Positions 38,645-52,404 are shown, counted from the whole stretch's first letter. The stretch is 63,258 bases of DNA, filler included, from Nemertoderma westbladi (GCA_032718475.1; 4 parts of 4 records of this genome joined end to end with filler, not necessarily neighbours in it); one strand, 5' to 3'. Notes: generated from the letters alone by a model not told the origin. Numbers and translations: made by a program.

Positions 38645-41617
38645 AGCCGCGTTGTCACTTATGACACCCTCTTGGCCCTCTAGGCGATAGTTAGACAACA
38701 GTGACACCATTGCGTATCGGATTGATTAATTAGGATAATCAATTAAACCCTAATTAGGAGTCGTAAGACACCTATTGGGGTTTAATTGTACTAATTAATT
38801 GATGACACCTGTCAATTAGGGTCTAATTGGCCTATTTAGGAGGTGTCACCCAGACAGTCTGGCGCCAGTCAGTGGGGTCCAACTGTCGCTGAGCCGCCCA
38901 AGACCCTACTACTCCCGATAAACATAGCCTATTCATTACTTAGTTGATCAAGAGTGGGTTGGTTTAGCCCCGTCAACTAAATAAGTCATTGAGGGCTATA
39001 GCGCCTAGGGCACCATTGAAGGCAAAGGCTTGATGCGCATCTGCATTAGAGATGATACACGCCCCGCCCTGTCTATACTGGATGCTCTTCTACCAGTGTT
39101 AGGTAACCTAACCCAGGAGGCACACTTGGCTCAGGGTGTAACAAATGGACCCCAACTGTGTAACAAATCAACCAATGACTAGACATGCTGACAAGGTCGG
39201 CGGAAGGTAATCAACCAACGGCGACCTACTGCGAAGACGCTTGTAGGAGTTGCGACCCCAAGCGGTTTACTCCCGCAACTGAAAGATATGAGTATAAGAA
39301 CCCTCCAGGAGAAATACCGGCTCGGTCGTCGCCCGGGTCAACAAGGACCGCGTCCCTCAGTGGTACACCAGGCTGGGATCGATAAATTGGCTACTGGAAC
39401 GGAAGACAGAGAAGAAAGAAGAACCAACCTGTTGAAATGTAAAAAGACACTAAAGATTGCTAAAGATTGCTGATTGAACGCACGCACGCTGAAAACACAT
39501 ACCAAACAGGGTGACATGGTCGCTCTGGCAATGGAATATAACATCGACATCATCTGCATCCAAGAACATCGGATTTGTCATGAAGACACTGCCATGAAGT
39601 ACAATGCATTGGAAATGAATGGATGTTAGTAACAAGCTCAGCAGTAAGAAACTCGGCCAATGCATCAATTGGTGGAGTAGGAATTCTGCTAAGCCCATTT
39701 GCACTTAAGACCCTAAACAACATCGAATCTATAAATTCCAGGGTTATGATAGCAACATTTGATGCTACAGTCCAACCAATGCCTCAGAGACAGAACAAGC
39801 AGTCAAGTTTTATGAAGAACTGACTGGACTTATAAAGGACATTCCGAAACATAATGTTAAAGTCATTGCTGGTGACCTGAATGCGCAAATTGGCCCAGAA
39901 GACATCAAGGGTTACACCTATAACACCAGTTCTAACAGAAATGGGTACTTACTTTTCAACCTAATGGAAGAATGTGAATTGATACCAACAAACAACACAT
40001 TCGAAAAGAGTAAGGGGAAGCTATGGACCTTTCAATACCCCAATGGAACCAAAGCACAACTGGATTACATCCTTATAAACAAAAAGTGGAGAAACAGCAT
40101 GATCAACTGCGAGGCATACAGCTCGTTCAACCTAATTGGTTCGGACCACAGAATTGTGACTGCAGAGATCAGACTCTGTTTGAGAGCCAGCAAATCCAGG
40201 ACAAGCAAGCAAATCAAATATGACTGGGAGAAACTCAGAACTGACAATGCTGTAAAGGATGCTTATATAGTAGAAGTTCAAAACCGCTTTGAAGCACTTC
40301 AGTCAATGGATGAAGACCAATCCACCAATTCAATATACCAGAATATAATAACAGCCCACAAGGAAACAGCTAAGAGGCATATCCCCCAGAAACCTAAACG
40401 AAAACAGTATGTGCCATGGCAAAACTCTGAGGTTACTTGTAAGAGAGAAGATCTTAAGATAGCCTACAAAGTTAAAATCGAAAAACCAACAACCGAAAAC
40501 ATTAACAAGGTTGAGAAAGCTAAGGACGATCTTAAATTGGCCTACAACATCAGCCAGGAAAAGTTCATACAGGATAAAACTGAAGCAATTACAACTGCTC
40601 ACATACAGCAACAATCAAGACTTACCTGGCAAACTGTAAATGAGGTATCTGGTCGGAAAAGTTGTGCAAAGGGGCGCCTCAAAGCCGATAGTCCTGAAGA
40701 ACGTGTTGGGAAGTGGACAAATCACTTCAGCAACTTGGTGGGCAGCCACCAAACATCGAGGTCAGCCCTACAAGGAAAATATATGACAAGACACTACCTA
40801 TAGAAACAGGGGGTTTCACACCTGCCGAACTCCAAAGAAGCCTTAAAAGCATGTCCAATAATAAAGCGAGTGGATTAGATGAAATCCCAGCGGAGGTATG
40901 GAAAACCGGAGTTCTAAACAGACCATTATTGAATGTTTGCAACAGGTTGGATTGCATATAAATGCTACAAAGACCGAATTCATGACCTTTAATGTTGATG
41001 GAAACTTGACAACCATTGGTAATAATCAACTACGGAAGGTCGATGACTTCCAGTACCTTGGATCATGGATAGAGAGTAGCAAAAAGGACATAGAAGTTAG
41101 GAAAGCAAAGGCTTGGGTAGCTCTATCAAAAATGGATACCATCTGGAAATCAGATCTCTCCAGGCACCTGAAGACTAAGTTCTTTCGAGCCACAGTGGAA
41201 AGTGTATTTTTATACGGGGGTGAGACCTGGATATTGACTAAATCACTTGAACAACGAATTGATGGTTGCTACACAAGACTACTAAGGGCAGCCCTAAACA
41301 TCAGCTGGAGACAACACATGACAAACGCCGAGCTTTATGGTACAATACCTGCAGTATCAACCACCCTCCGTGAACGCAGATTAAGATTCAGTGGGCACTG
41401 CTGGCGAAGTAAAGACAAGGTCATACCAGATCTACTTCTCTGGCAACCAACTCATGGAAAGCGTAGTCGTGGACGACCGGCCATAACATATATAGATCAA
41501 CTTGAAAGGGATACTGAACTTGGGAGAAACGAAATTGCGACAACTATGGAGAATCGGGAAACCTGGAAGGATCTCATTTCCACTGTCCGAGTTCGCTCGA
41601 CCTAGTAGTAGTAGTAA
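38645..41617 (+). mobile_element. RTE-clade LINE with frameshifts and an internal deletion of the RT core; (TAG)n tail
   Basis: APE motifs NARTL, DIICIQEHR, GGVGILL, AGDLNAQIG, QLDYIL, GSDHRIV. KASGLDEIPAEVWK then jumps to VGLHINATKTE, FQYLGS, LRFSGHCWR, RGRP. TAGTAGTAGTAG at 41603. The 5' boundary is approximate. Confidence 0.9.
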
Positions 41618-42169
41618 TACTGTAATTATTTATTACTTGGGAATTTTATTTTTAAATTGGTACTTTTTCGTTGCTAAATTCTTTATAAAGATAACCGATT
41701 GTAGGCTAGGCTACTACTGTTTTACTCCTTATACTCAAAGTTAATTAAATAATTTAGTGTTCTCGGGTACTACTTATTATGTATAACTAGAGAGCCGCTT
41801 AAATACATAAAACCAATATTGGATATTGAGTTCCGTTTTGGAGTTCGTCTTGTAGTGTAGACACTAGTAAAGTTGCAATAACATTTACAAAAATGGCGTT
41901 CAATGTAGCAAGCTCTTTTAACACGTAATGAAATTCAAGTAGGCCTAATTCCACCCAAAATATTTTATTTTACTTATTTCGCCGGGAAAAAAGTAAAATC
42001 AATGCCATAGGGTTACTTTTTTCCCTATGGAAAAAAGTTATCTGTTTTTCCTCCCGATTTTGGGGTTCGAGCCCGATTCCCGATTCGAGCAAAAAAGTAA
42101 TAATTTAAGAATAAAATATTTTAAACTCAGAAAAGGGAAAAGTCTGACAATCACCACACCACCGTAATT

Positions 42170-42486
42170 AAAATAATGTTGTTTGTGTTAAAATAATGTT
42201 GTTTGTGTTAAAATAATGTTGTTTGTGTTAAAATAATGTTGTTTGTGTTAAAATAATGTTGTTTGTGTTAAAATAATGTTGTTTGTGTTAAAATAATGTT
42301 GTTTGTGTTAAAATAATGTTGTTTGTGTTAAAATAATGTTGTTTGTGTTAAAATAATGTTGTTTGTGTTAAAATAATGTTGTTTGTGTTAAAATAATGTT
42401 GTTTGTGTTAAAATAATGTTGTTTGTGTTAAAATAATGTTGTTTGTGTTAAAATAATGTTGTTTGTGTTAAAATAATGTTGTTTGT
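42170..42486. repeat. 20-bp minisatellite (AAAATAATGTTGTTTGTGTT)n, ~16 copies
   Basis: Perfect tandem repeats. Confidence 0.97.
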
Positions 42487-43078
42487 TGCAATAACTGGAA
42501 ATAACTGCAAATAAATTGTTGCAATAGTGAAGGAAGGGAGTTCCCGGAAGTGATCCTTACTTTCTACCATATATTTTGACAGACAAACTGACTGACGGAC
42601 ATTTTTTGTTAATTTTTACATTTTCTAGTGGGATCTGAATGACACTTGGTACTGAAAGGGTTAAACTTGATTTTCTCGAAAAACTATAATTTGGTGCCTT
42701 ACCAAATTTTCGGCACCATTTTCTGGGATGGGAATTAATGGAACAGTTCAAAAATTTGTCACATGGGACAGTTTTATATAAGGAGCCGATGACAGTTCCA
42801 GTTTTTTCTAAAAATCCTTGGATTGTTTTTTAAAATGTTTAATGAAAAGAAAACAGAAAAATTTCAATTTTTCATTTTTCGTGCCCATTTTGCACCCATG
42901 GAGAACCATGAAGCCAACTTTTCGAAAATCAAAAATGTCATTATGTTCCCAATGAAATTCTGATTCAGTAACCCAATTTTCGGGCCATGACTATTTTTTG
43001 TTAAATAATTAATGCTACCGAAAAAATCTCAAATTTTAACTTAAATCATTAAGGACATTATGAAGTGGACACCTCCAC

Positions 43079-43253
43079 TTAAAATAATGTTGTTTGTGTT
43101 AAAATAATGTTGTTTGTGTTAAAATAATGTTGTTTGTGTTAAAATAATGTTGTTTGTGTTAAAATAACGTTGTTTGTGTTAAAGTAATGTTGTTTGTGTT
43201 AAAATAATGTTGTTTGTGTTAAAATAATGTTGTTTGTGTTAAAATAATGTTGT
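43079..43253. repeat. Second block of the same 20-bp minisatellite, ~8-9 copies
   Basis: Same unit and orientation. Confidence 0.97.
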
Positions 43254-44806
43254 GTAAAAGCTTTTGTGGGATAACTGATACGTTTGCCTTTGCTGGCCAG
43301 TTCCCCCCCAGTCGCTAGAATACTCTCAAAGGGATTTATAACTAAAATAGTGCAAGCTACCAGCTTATTGGCTGATGTGCTGTGTGGAGATATCTGGGCT
43401 CAGTTTAATCGGCCAACTAGCTTAGAGAGGTTGCTTTAGCCTTGCTGTCCGTATCGGCCAATAGAATTTGAGTGGGCGTTAATTTCGACCTATCCCAGGG
43501 CTACTGAACTGAATTTCCTATCTCACTGCTCATCCTCTGTGTTGGACGGGAGCTTCGGGGAATAAGAGTTTTTGGTATACTCGTATAGTAGTAGTAGTCA
43601 TATGATTTTATATGATTCTGTTGTTGTGTTCCCATTTTCGCCATAACACCGGCTTTTTGGGAAGAACTCTAGTAAAACTGCTTAAATTATCGAAAGTATA
43701 AACTGTTACCGAACCTTAACGCATCTTAACATACTTACTTAATTTAACTGCATTAATCATATTGTTTGTACTGTTATTTTACTGTCAGTTATTAATTGTA
43801 CCTATTTGTTGATGGAAATATTGCTCTTTGGATAATACGGATAAATCACCCAAATTTCCCAATTTTCTTGATACACTACAGGTTAGAGAGGCGGGCTATA
43901 TATAACAATTGCGATTTATATTAATGTGGTGTGTATTGAATCTAATGTTATTTAGCAGACCCTACATGAGTCAATTACTGCTCTCTTTATGTGTGATCAA
44001 ATATACTGACGGTCGGCAGAATAGTGTGTATGATTGTGATTGGTAACAAAGTATTTCCTAAAGAATACGCTTTATACTTTAATCATAAGCGGTATCGTTG
44101 CGTTTTAGTATAAGTCTTAGTTCTGTTTAAATAGATAAAGCGCCACGTCCTAAAGGAACTGTTAATATTTCCCGAAAGCCAATAATATCTGTCAGAGATT
44201 AATTATTAACGATCTATCGAATAATACAGTAGGTATACACTGCAACCTTACACTGCAATAATACAATTTAAGCATCCGAATTCAGCCTCCCGGGTGTAGA
44301 TCCATCGGGTGAATGATCGCGCATGGGCTGACTTCGGCTAATGTTTTGCGTATTAGCATAAAATATTGTCGTATGCTAAAGTGGTTTTAATTAACTAAAA
44401 GACATATAAATTTTGGCAGGTTAAACTGCTAAAGGTCTTCAAAAGCGCGAACAGTAACAGTTTATAATCTTATTGCAGTAGGCAATAAGGTTGCAAAATA
44501 CCGTAGTGACTGGTAAAACTGAACCGGTACTTCTGTAGGTCAGTAGGCCTAACTGTCATCACCGGTACCGGTACTGCTGTACAAGTACATTAGTATTATT
44601 CGATTTTGATTATTGTATACCGGTAGGTCTTGGTACTTAATCAGGGAACGGCCGCCCTGATTTTTATTTGAGATTCTACTTATTTCTGTCGGTTTTATTT
44701 ACTAGTAGGCTAATATTGAGCAGAAGGCGTGTGACCCTGCTCAGATTGTTCAGATAATTGTAGGCTGAGCTGCTGTCTGACTGTTGTTGAGTTTGGAGAG
44801 ATTACG

Positions 44807-45268
44807 GCGTGTGTAGAGTTTGTCTGATAAAGTGCCGTTAGTAAGTTGGGGCAGCCATATGCTGTAAGGTCAATCCCCTCTTAAAGAATAAGTCGTACTA
44901 CCGTGTTAGAACGCATACTAACTAACAGTTTCAGAGTCTGCATATACTGTAGTTTATTTAGGCTTGATCGTAGTCTGCCAGTGTTTTGGCCTGTGTTTGT
45001 TTGTGTGGTCTGTTCAGGTACCGTAATAGTTATTACTCAGATATTTTGTAGGCTGGATTGTTGTCTAGCTACTTTTAGGTCTGAAGGGATTGCTGCGTGT
45101 GTAGAGTTGTCTGATAAAGTGCCGTTAGTAAGTTGGGGCAGCCATATGCGGTAAGGTCAATCCCCTCTTAAAGAATAAGTCGTACTACCGTGCTAGAACG
45201 CATACTAACTAACAGTTTCAGAATCTGCACATACTGTAGTTTGTTTAGGCTTGATAGTAGTCTGCCAG
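44807..45268. repeat. ~175-bp direct repeat, period ~288 bp, upstream of the gag ORF
   Basis: 44807-44981 matches 45095-45268. Confidence 0.9.
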
Positions 45269-46616
45269 CGTTTGGTTTGTATTCTGTTTGAGTATTCTGT
45301 ACGGGTAGCGTAATATTTATTATTCAGAGTTTATGCGGTTATTCGCAACATTCATGTCCCCAAGTTTATTCCTACAGTAATTGTGCTTGTTATACATACC
45401 GTTATAGTTAAACTAACCCCGGTACTACATTAGGGCTGCTTGGCGTAGGTAAAGACTGGAGATTTTGTGCTTCGGTCACTCCAGCAGATGCCGTGGTTCT
45501 TTTAACTGTTCAAGTATATTTAACTACTGATTATTTGTTATACCGGTACTTGTACCTAATTTAGGGTTTAGTGTACAGTGCTTTCCGAAGTAATTAGTGT
45601 AGGCAGTATATTTGTGTTGTAAAGTAGTTGATAGGCACATTCGTTAGCTCTATTAGCTTCTGGGTAGGAACAATCCGTGATACATAATGTAGTACCTATA
45701 GCGATACGGTTATAGGTCGTCAGGCGGTGGTATTTTCCTATCTGGACAGTACAGTATATTTACTACTACTTATTATTTCAAATACCGTAGTACCCTGTCC
45801 GTTGTAATAACCAGAATTCTAACCCTTTGTTAGGCTGGTTTGTAGACTTCCTGTAAAATTACCCTAAAAAATTTCGTACGTAATATTTTGTTGTGTTTAA
45901 TTAGAGAATTAATCTCACCAATATCGTAAGTAATTTGTAGTATTAAGTAACTTAGGTAAATTAGAATTATCAGTTTTAGTGTCAAATAAATAGCACTTCA
46001 CTGAGAGCGCACAGCTTCCGTGTAGTGACCCCCAGAAATAATAACATTTATTTCAAATATTGACAAAACCCCTTTTAAACGGGTATATATCTATTATAAA
46101 TCAACTCAAAAGATTTATAAATAGTAGGCCTGTCATACAACAACTAGGTCTCACTACCAGTTGGACTACTGCTTAAATAACGGTAATAAAGTACGTTAAA
46201 GTAACTAAGTAACCCTAAAATATTCAGGAATTCAATTATTCTAAAAATAATTGACATACCGGTACTTACTATAGGCTTATTATATTTATCTCTATAAATT
46301 TGAGCTGAAATCATACCGGTACTCTGTAATTAATTCTAGGTCATAATTATACTTATATATACTACTGTACTATAAGTGTAAACTGTATACCGGTATTCAC
46401 GATAGGCCTATTATATATTTATATATATCTGTGCTAAATTTATATACCGGTACTCTGTGACAAACCTAGTTCACAATACTTATATATATTATAAGTGCAT
46501 ACCGGTATTCTAATATACTGCAATAAATTACCGGTACTAGGCCAGTGGTTATACTGAATTACTAGACTTGCTTTAACTGTAACTATAGCAGTAAGCCTTC
46601 AACTGTATAGCTAAAC

Positions 46617-49244
46617 ATGTCTGACACTCAGCAAAACCTGTCAGACAGTCTGATCGATACAACTATCTGTGATTCAGATAGGAGTGTGGAGCGAATAAGA
46701 AAGGAGTTCGGCTCACCTCCTACTGTAAAAAAGGTCATCCCTCCAGTAGTATCAGACCCTAGGCTAGTCCACCATAGGTCCATCATAGGCACTCGGGCGC
46801 AGGTCAAACGGAACCAAGAGGCAGCTGTCCTATCGCAGCAACATCTTGGTCAAGAACCTACTTCCCAGCGATCCGATAGCTCCAGCAGTTCGGATACTGT
46901 AGAGCTGACCCCCGAAGGCGGAGTGCAGATGGCTGCTACAGTCTACTCGGACCCCCTTCTTACCCTTCCTGCTGCAGTGCTAACTACTATATTCATTGCG
47001 GTTGAAGAACATCAAGCCGACTGGGCGAGGAATAAGCGAGCGACCCAAGACAATTACGCGGGATACGCCAGGGAAGAATTGATATCTATTGTTGAATCAC
47101 AATGGAACTTTCCCGGACTCGGACTCCCGTTGGATCTGTCTGAGGCTACTTGGGAAGATATACACAGGATGGGAGTGGCTAAAGATACAATGGATCCAGC
47201 TGTTTGGAAGAGGTCAGCAGCAGGATATGTGCAGGGATTCTTCGGATCCTTGGATCGATTGGAAGAACAACTGTTTCGACAACCTCACGGACCTCAAGAG
47301 CAGGAAGAACTGCTATATCAAATACGCGAAAGAACCCTACGCATACGACTAATCCTCTCAGCCTTTGAGGAAACTTCCAAAAGAAGACAGGACACGTCGC
47401 TGCAGGTTGCTGTCAAAACTTGGCTACATCGAGTAGATCTCAAAGTACAGGAAACGGCCCAGTGGAAATCCCAGCTGGCTGAGAGATCAACCTATGAAGA
47501 ACCAACTGATGTCACCCTTGCTCAAGCGGAAAGCGAAGAGGCCGCCGAGAAACCGCGAACTAGAGACGCTATCGACATTTATTTGTCCGACTATCAGCGA
47601 TTCCTAGGAGACGAAGAGTTGAGGAGACGGCTGTCTGGACTTTCCCCTAATAGTGAAGGAACCAAGCTTGTGTTGGACTCAATCGATGCCGAAATGTTAG
47701 CTGCAAACCAAGCTGAATGTGATGAAAAACTCCGCCTCACTAGAGTCCGAGAAGAACAAATAAAGAAAAGAAGGATAGAGGAACAAAAGGCGGCGGCTAT
47801 GGCGGCGGCTATGGCAGAAGCAGAAGCAGAAAGAATAGCAGCAAGGGTAGCAGCGGCAGAAGCAGAAGCAAAAGGAAGGGCAGCGGCGGCAGAAGCAAAG
47901 GCAGAAAGGGCAGTGGCCGAAGCAGAACGGAGAGCCTCTGAGCAGACTACCCAACTGGAGTTGGAAAATCTGCAAGAGACACAAGACAGTATAAATAAAC
48001 AGTTTACTGCTAATCAAATGCAGATGATGAGAAAATCTACTCCCAAGCGCCAGGGATACACATCCTCGGAGGAAGGCGAGACCACCGATCCTGAAGGCGG
48101 AGGAAATAGATCTCATCTAAGTAGGCGTAGAAAAACATCTTACCGTCGCAAATTGCCTGATTTGCCCCCAGCTGTTAAAAGGCAGCTAACTAGCACAGAC
48201 TTAGGTCGTGCAGAACCCATAGAACAATTCATCCAGGTCAAAAGACTCCCTACTATAGTCGATGAACCTGAAATCATTAGGCCTGTTGTTCCCAAAGTCA
48301 CTTCTGTGCTAGAGACCCCTACACTTCTAGAGCTTAACTCTAAATTCCCTTTACATAGTACTACACTGCCTGTACCCGGTGGAACCGTCCATGCAAATAC
48401 CCCTGTCCAGACAGCAGAGAGAGAAATCAATAATTTGTCTCCCGTCGTCCCGCGTCAGCCCGCTACTATGTTGGCGACTCCCGCTTCGGCGGTTGAGTGG
48501 GTGGAAGAGGGACGGCGGGGGATGAATCTCCTGCTGGGACAGATGCAGGAGACTGTCCACCAACTTAAGGGAACAGTGAGGGAAGGTAGAGCAGAGTTGC
48601 AAGAGGTGCAGCAAAGTATCGCGCTAGAACGCGACAAATTAGTCAATATCAAAAAGGGCATACCAATACCCCCTGTAACATTGTGTCAACCTGTTAGGTC
48701 TGAAGTATTACATGCGCAAGGTGTGGAGCCTACACGCATCTATACTGCTAGTGAAGTTGAAACTCCTATAGCAAACCCTATTAAGGGTGATTATAGGCCT
48801 GTTATTAATGATATTCCCTATAGAACTGATAATGATCCGAGAAATTTATATACCGATAATTCGATATTAAATAACACGATGGCCCAAGAAAGCTTTACGC
48901 GTCAGATGGCTAGAACAGAAGCCCGCCAAGCTGTCAAAGTGGGAGAGATCGTCAAATTCAATGGAGATGAGATGAAATGGTTACCTTTCAACGAATATTA
49001 CAAAGATAGCATACAGAACTCTGTACTATCTAACGGAGAGAAACTTAGATTCCTCATCAAGTGTTTGGAAGGACCTCCCAAGTTAATGGCGTTAAAGTTT
49101 ATTGGACATCCAGAAGGATTAAGACAAGTTTGGGATACAGTGGTTCGCAGTGTCTCCATGGTCACGTTCATCTTCTCGCGGGTTTCTGCGAGACTCCAGG
49201 AGGAGCCGAAGATGTTTAACGATTTGGAGAAGCAATCGTTGTAG
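46617..49244 (+). CDS. BEL/Pao-like gag ORF, truncated at ~49140 and reading through into antisense V-ATPase exon sequence
   Basis: 875 aa open frame with an Ala/Glu coiled coil. C-terminal [28 protein letters not shown] fits the DUF1759-type gag pattern. No zinc knuckle or pol follows. Confidence 0.72.
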   Translation: MSDTQQNLSDSLIDTTICDSDRSVERIRKEFGSPPTVKKVIPPVVSDPRLVHHRSIIGTRAQVKRNQEAAVLSQQHLGQEPTSQRSDSSSSSDTVELTPEGGVQMAATVYSDPLLTLPAAVLTTIFIAVEEHQADWARNKRATQDNYAGYAREELISIVESQWNFPGLGLPLDLSEATWEDIHRMGVAKDTMDPAVWKRSAAGYVQGFFGSLDRLEEQLFRQPHGPQEQEELLYQIRERTLRIRLILSAFEETSKRRQDTSLQVAVKTWLHRVDLKVQETAQWKSQLAERSTYEEPTDVTLAQAESEEAAEKPRTRDAIDIYLSDYQRFLGDEELRRRLSGLSPNSEGTKLVLDSIDAEMLAANQAECDEKLRLTRVREEQIKKRRIEEQKAAAMAAAMAEAEAERIAARVAAAEAEAKGRAAAAEAKAERAVAEAERRASEQTTQLELENLQETQDSINKQFTANQMQMMRKSTPKRQGYTSSEEGETTDPEGGGNRSHLSRRRKTSYRRKLPDLPPAVKRQLTSTDLGRAEPIEQFIQVKRLPTIVDEPEIIRPVVPKVTSVLETPTLLELNSKFPLHSTTLPVPGGTVHANTPVQTAEREINNLSPVVPRQPATMLATPASAVEWVEEGRRGMNLLLGQMQETVHQLKGTVREGRAELQEVQQSIALERDKLVNIKKGIPIPPVTLCQPVRSEVLHAQGVEPTRIYTASEVETPIANPIKGDYRPVINDIPYRTDNDPRNLYTDNSILNNTMAQESFTRQMARTEARQAVKVGEIVKFNGDEMKWLPFNEYYKDSIQNSVLSNGEKLRFLIKCLEGPPKLMALKFIGHPEGLRQVWDTVVRSVSMVTFIFSRVSARLQEEPKMFNDLEKQSL

Positions 49245-49262
49245 AGGAGGCCAGTGTAGACG
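49141..49262 (-). CDS. ATP6V0A: V-ATPase subunit a, next coding exon (apparently truncated)
   Basis: Acceptor ..TACATTACAG|C GTC TAC ACT GGC gives (S)[22 protein letters not shown]. This is the conserved continuation of LLMGLF, and the phase matches (AG+C = Ser). Confidence 0.9.
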
Positions 49263-49988
49263 CTGTAATGTATAAAGGTATCAATAAACCCATCAACACA
49301 TAAAGTAAAAATACATTTTCTTCGGTCGTGGCCAGGGATTACGCACAAAGTCTGACGACTTATTTACTGTGCCCAAATTCGAACACTCAAGTTAGTTACA
49401 ATTAATTTGTGGGACAAGCTACAAAGCAAGACAGCCTTAGCATATGGGTACCATTAACGAGTTGTCTGTCGTGGTCGTCTGTCGTGAATTTTTGAGAGCT
49501 AATAACTCGGTTATTACTTGATCAAATTAAACCAAACTTGGTACTGGTACGTACGTATGTAGTCCGTCAAAGGTTTAGAAAGAACCTGAAGGTTGGTGAA
49601 AAACGAACGAACGCAACGAGTTTTGCAGTGGACCATCTGCCATAAATCAGCAGTTACTCGCCCATATTGGAGATTTTGCATGGTTATAAAGGTCGTCAGT
49701 CTGCGTTTGGGAAATTTGAGTTTGACAACGTTTGACAAAACAGGACGAGTGCAACGAAGTTAATGAAGGAGGAGAAGATTATTGTAAAAATAAAAATGTC
49801 ATGCTTAACTTAAATAGCCATAGTTAGTAGTTTTACAAATGACAGTTAAAGTGTAAAAGGGAGAACTGAAATGGATCTCTGTTTTTTACAACCAGTTTAA
49901 CGCAAACTGAAAGCATCACTCAATATATTTTTGGAAAGACAGTTTTCAAATATCTAATAAAGACTGGTATACTTTCTTATATAGCCGG

Positions 49989-50219
49989 TTACCTAAACAA
50001 CCCCATAAGGAGGACTTACTTACCTAAACAGCCCCATAAGGAGGACTTACTTACCTAAACAGCCCCATAAGGAGGACTTACTTACCTAAACAGCCCCATA
50101 AGGAGGACTTACTTACCTAAACAGCCCCATAAGGTGGACTTTCTTACCTAAACAGCCCCATAAGGTGGACTTACTTACCTAAACAGCCTCATAAGGAGGA
50201 CTTACTTACCTAAACAGCC
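49989..50219. repeat. Same 31-bp splice-junction satellite, ~7 copies running into the contig end
   Basis: Same unit and orientation as 22923-34017, with a unique-sequence boundary at ~49989. Confidence 0.97.
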
Positions 50220-50319
50220 NNNNNNNNNNNNNNNNNNNNNNNNNNNNNNNNNNNNNNNNNNNNTTAATTAATTAANNNNNNNNNNNNNNNNNNNNNNNNN
50301 NNNNNNNNNNNNNNNNNNN
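50220..50319. other. Artificial contig linker
   Basis: N-TTAATTAATTAA-N. Confidence 0.95.
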
Positions 50320-50354
50320 TTTATGGGGTGTTGGCGGGATTGAATAAGCTAACA

Positions 50355-52404
50355 AAATAGACACCTAAGTTCTGTATATTGTGGTAATTAGATGCAGTGT
50401 AGTCTTGTGGTAAATAGACACTTGAGTTCTGTATACAGTATTGTGGTAATTGGACGCAGTATAGTGTTGTGGTAATTAGACACTTGTGTTCTGTATATTG
50501 TGGTAATTATACGCAGTATAGTGTTGTGGTAATTAGACACTTGCGTTCTGTATATTGTGGTAATTAGATTCAGTATAGTGTTGTGGTAAATAGACACCTA
50601 AGTTCTGTATATTGTGGTAATTAGACGCAGTATAGTGTTGTGGTAATTAGAGACTTGCGTTCTGTATAGTGTGGTAATTATACGCAGTATAGTGTTGTGG
50701 TAATTAGACACTTGCGTTCTGTATATTGTGGTAATTAGATGCAGTGTAGTCTTGTGGTAAATAGACACCTAAGTTCTGTATATTGTGGTAATTAGACGCA
50801 GTATAGTGTTGTGGTAATTAGACACTAGCGTTCTGTATGTTGTGGTAATTAGACGCAGTATAGTGTTGTGGTAATTAGAGACTTGCGTACTGTATAATTG
50901 TGGTAATTAGATGCCATTGTAAAATAATATTGTGGTAATTAGATGCAGTGTGTAGTCTTGTGGTAAATAGATTGTGGTAACTAGACTCAGTATATTGTTG
51001 TGGTAATTAGAGACTTGCGTTCTGTATAATTGTGGTAATTAGATGCCATTGTAAAATAATATTGTGGTAATTAGATGCAGTGTGTAGTCTTGTGGTAAAT
51101 AGATTGTGGTAACTAGACGCAGTATATTGTTGTGTGGTAATTAGAGACTTGCGTTCTGTATATTGTGGTAATTAGATGCCATTGTAAAATAATATTGTGG
51201 TAATTAGATGCAGTGTAGTCGTAGTCCTTATGGTAAATAGACACCTAAGTTATGTATATTGTGGTAATTAGACGCAGTATAGTGTTGTGGTAATTAGACA
51301 CTTGCGTTCTGTATATTGTGGTAATTAGACTCAGTATAGTGTTGTGGTAATTAGACACTTGCGTTCTGTATATTGTGGTAATTAGACGCAGTATAGTGTT
51401 GTGGTAATTAGACACTTGCGTTCTGTATATTGTGGTAATTAGACGCAGTATAGTGTTGTGGTTATTAGACACTTGCGTTCTGTATATTGTGGTAATTAGA
51501 CGCAGTAGTCTTGTGGTAAATAGACACCTAAGTTCTGTATATTGTGGTAATTAGACGCAGTATAGTGTTGTGGTAATTAGACACTTGCGTTCTGTATATT
51601 GTGGTAATTAGACGCAGTATAGTGTTGTGGTAATTAGACACTTGCGTTCTGTATATTGTGGTAATTAGACGCAGTATAGTGTTGTGGTAATTAGACACTT
51701 GCGTTCTGTATATTGTGGTAATTAGACGCAGTATAGTGTTGTGGTAATTAGACACTTGCGTTCTGTATATTGTGGTAATTAGACGCAGTATAGTGTTGTG
51801 GTAATTAGACACTTGCGTTCTGTATATTGTGGTAATTAGACGCAGTATAGTGTTGTGGTAATTAGACACTTGCGTTCTGTATATTGTGGTAATTAGACAC
51901 TTGCGTTCTGTATATTGTGGTAATTAGATGCAGAGTTAGTCTTGTGGAAAATATACACTTGAGTTCTGTATATTGTGGTAATTAGACGCAGTATAGTCTT
52001 GTGGTAATTAGACACGTTCTGTATATTGTGGTAATTAGATGCAGTGTAGTCTTGTGGTAAATAGACACTTGAGTTCTGTATATTGTGGCGTACAGTAATT
52101 CTAGACGCAGTATAGTGATGTGGTAATTAGACACTTGCGTTCTGGATGTGGTAAATACAGTAGATGCAGTGTAGTCTTGTGGTAAATAGACACCTAAGTT
52201 CTGTATATTGTGGTAATTAGATGCAGTTAGTCTTGTGGTAAATAGACACTTGAGTTCTGTATATTGTGGTAATTAGACGCAGTATAGTGTTGTGGTAATT
52301 AGACACTTGCGTTCTGTATACAGGTATAGGCCTATTGTGGTAATTAGACACTTGCGTTCTGTATATTGTGGTAATTAGATGCCATTGTAAAATAATATTG
52401 TGGT
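50355..52404. repeat. Complex satellite with TTGTGGTAATTAGA core (about 57-bp dimer unit)
   Basis: The core recurs every ~26-31 bp with a few alternating spacers. Confidence 0.95.

Noticed and set aside
43254-44450. Candidate 5' LTR and primer-binding site of the BEL/Pao element
   Set aside because: There is no second LTR for comparison and no convincing PBS.
50355-52404. Constant core with variable spacers resembling CRISPR
   Set aside because: The spacers are a few recurring types, so this is a complex satellite.
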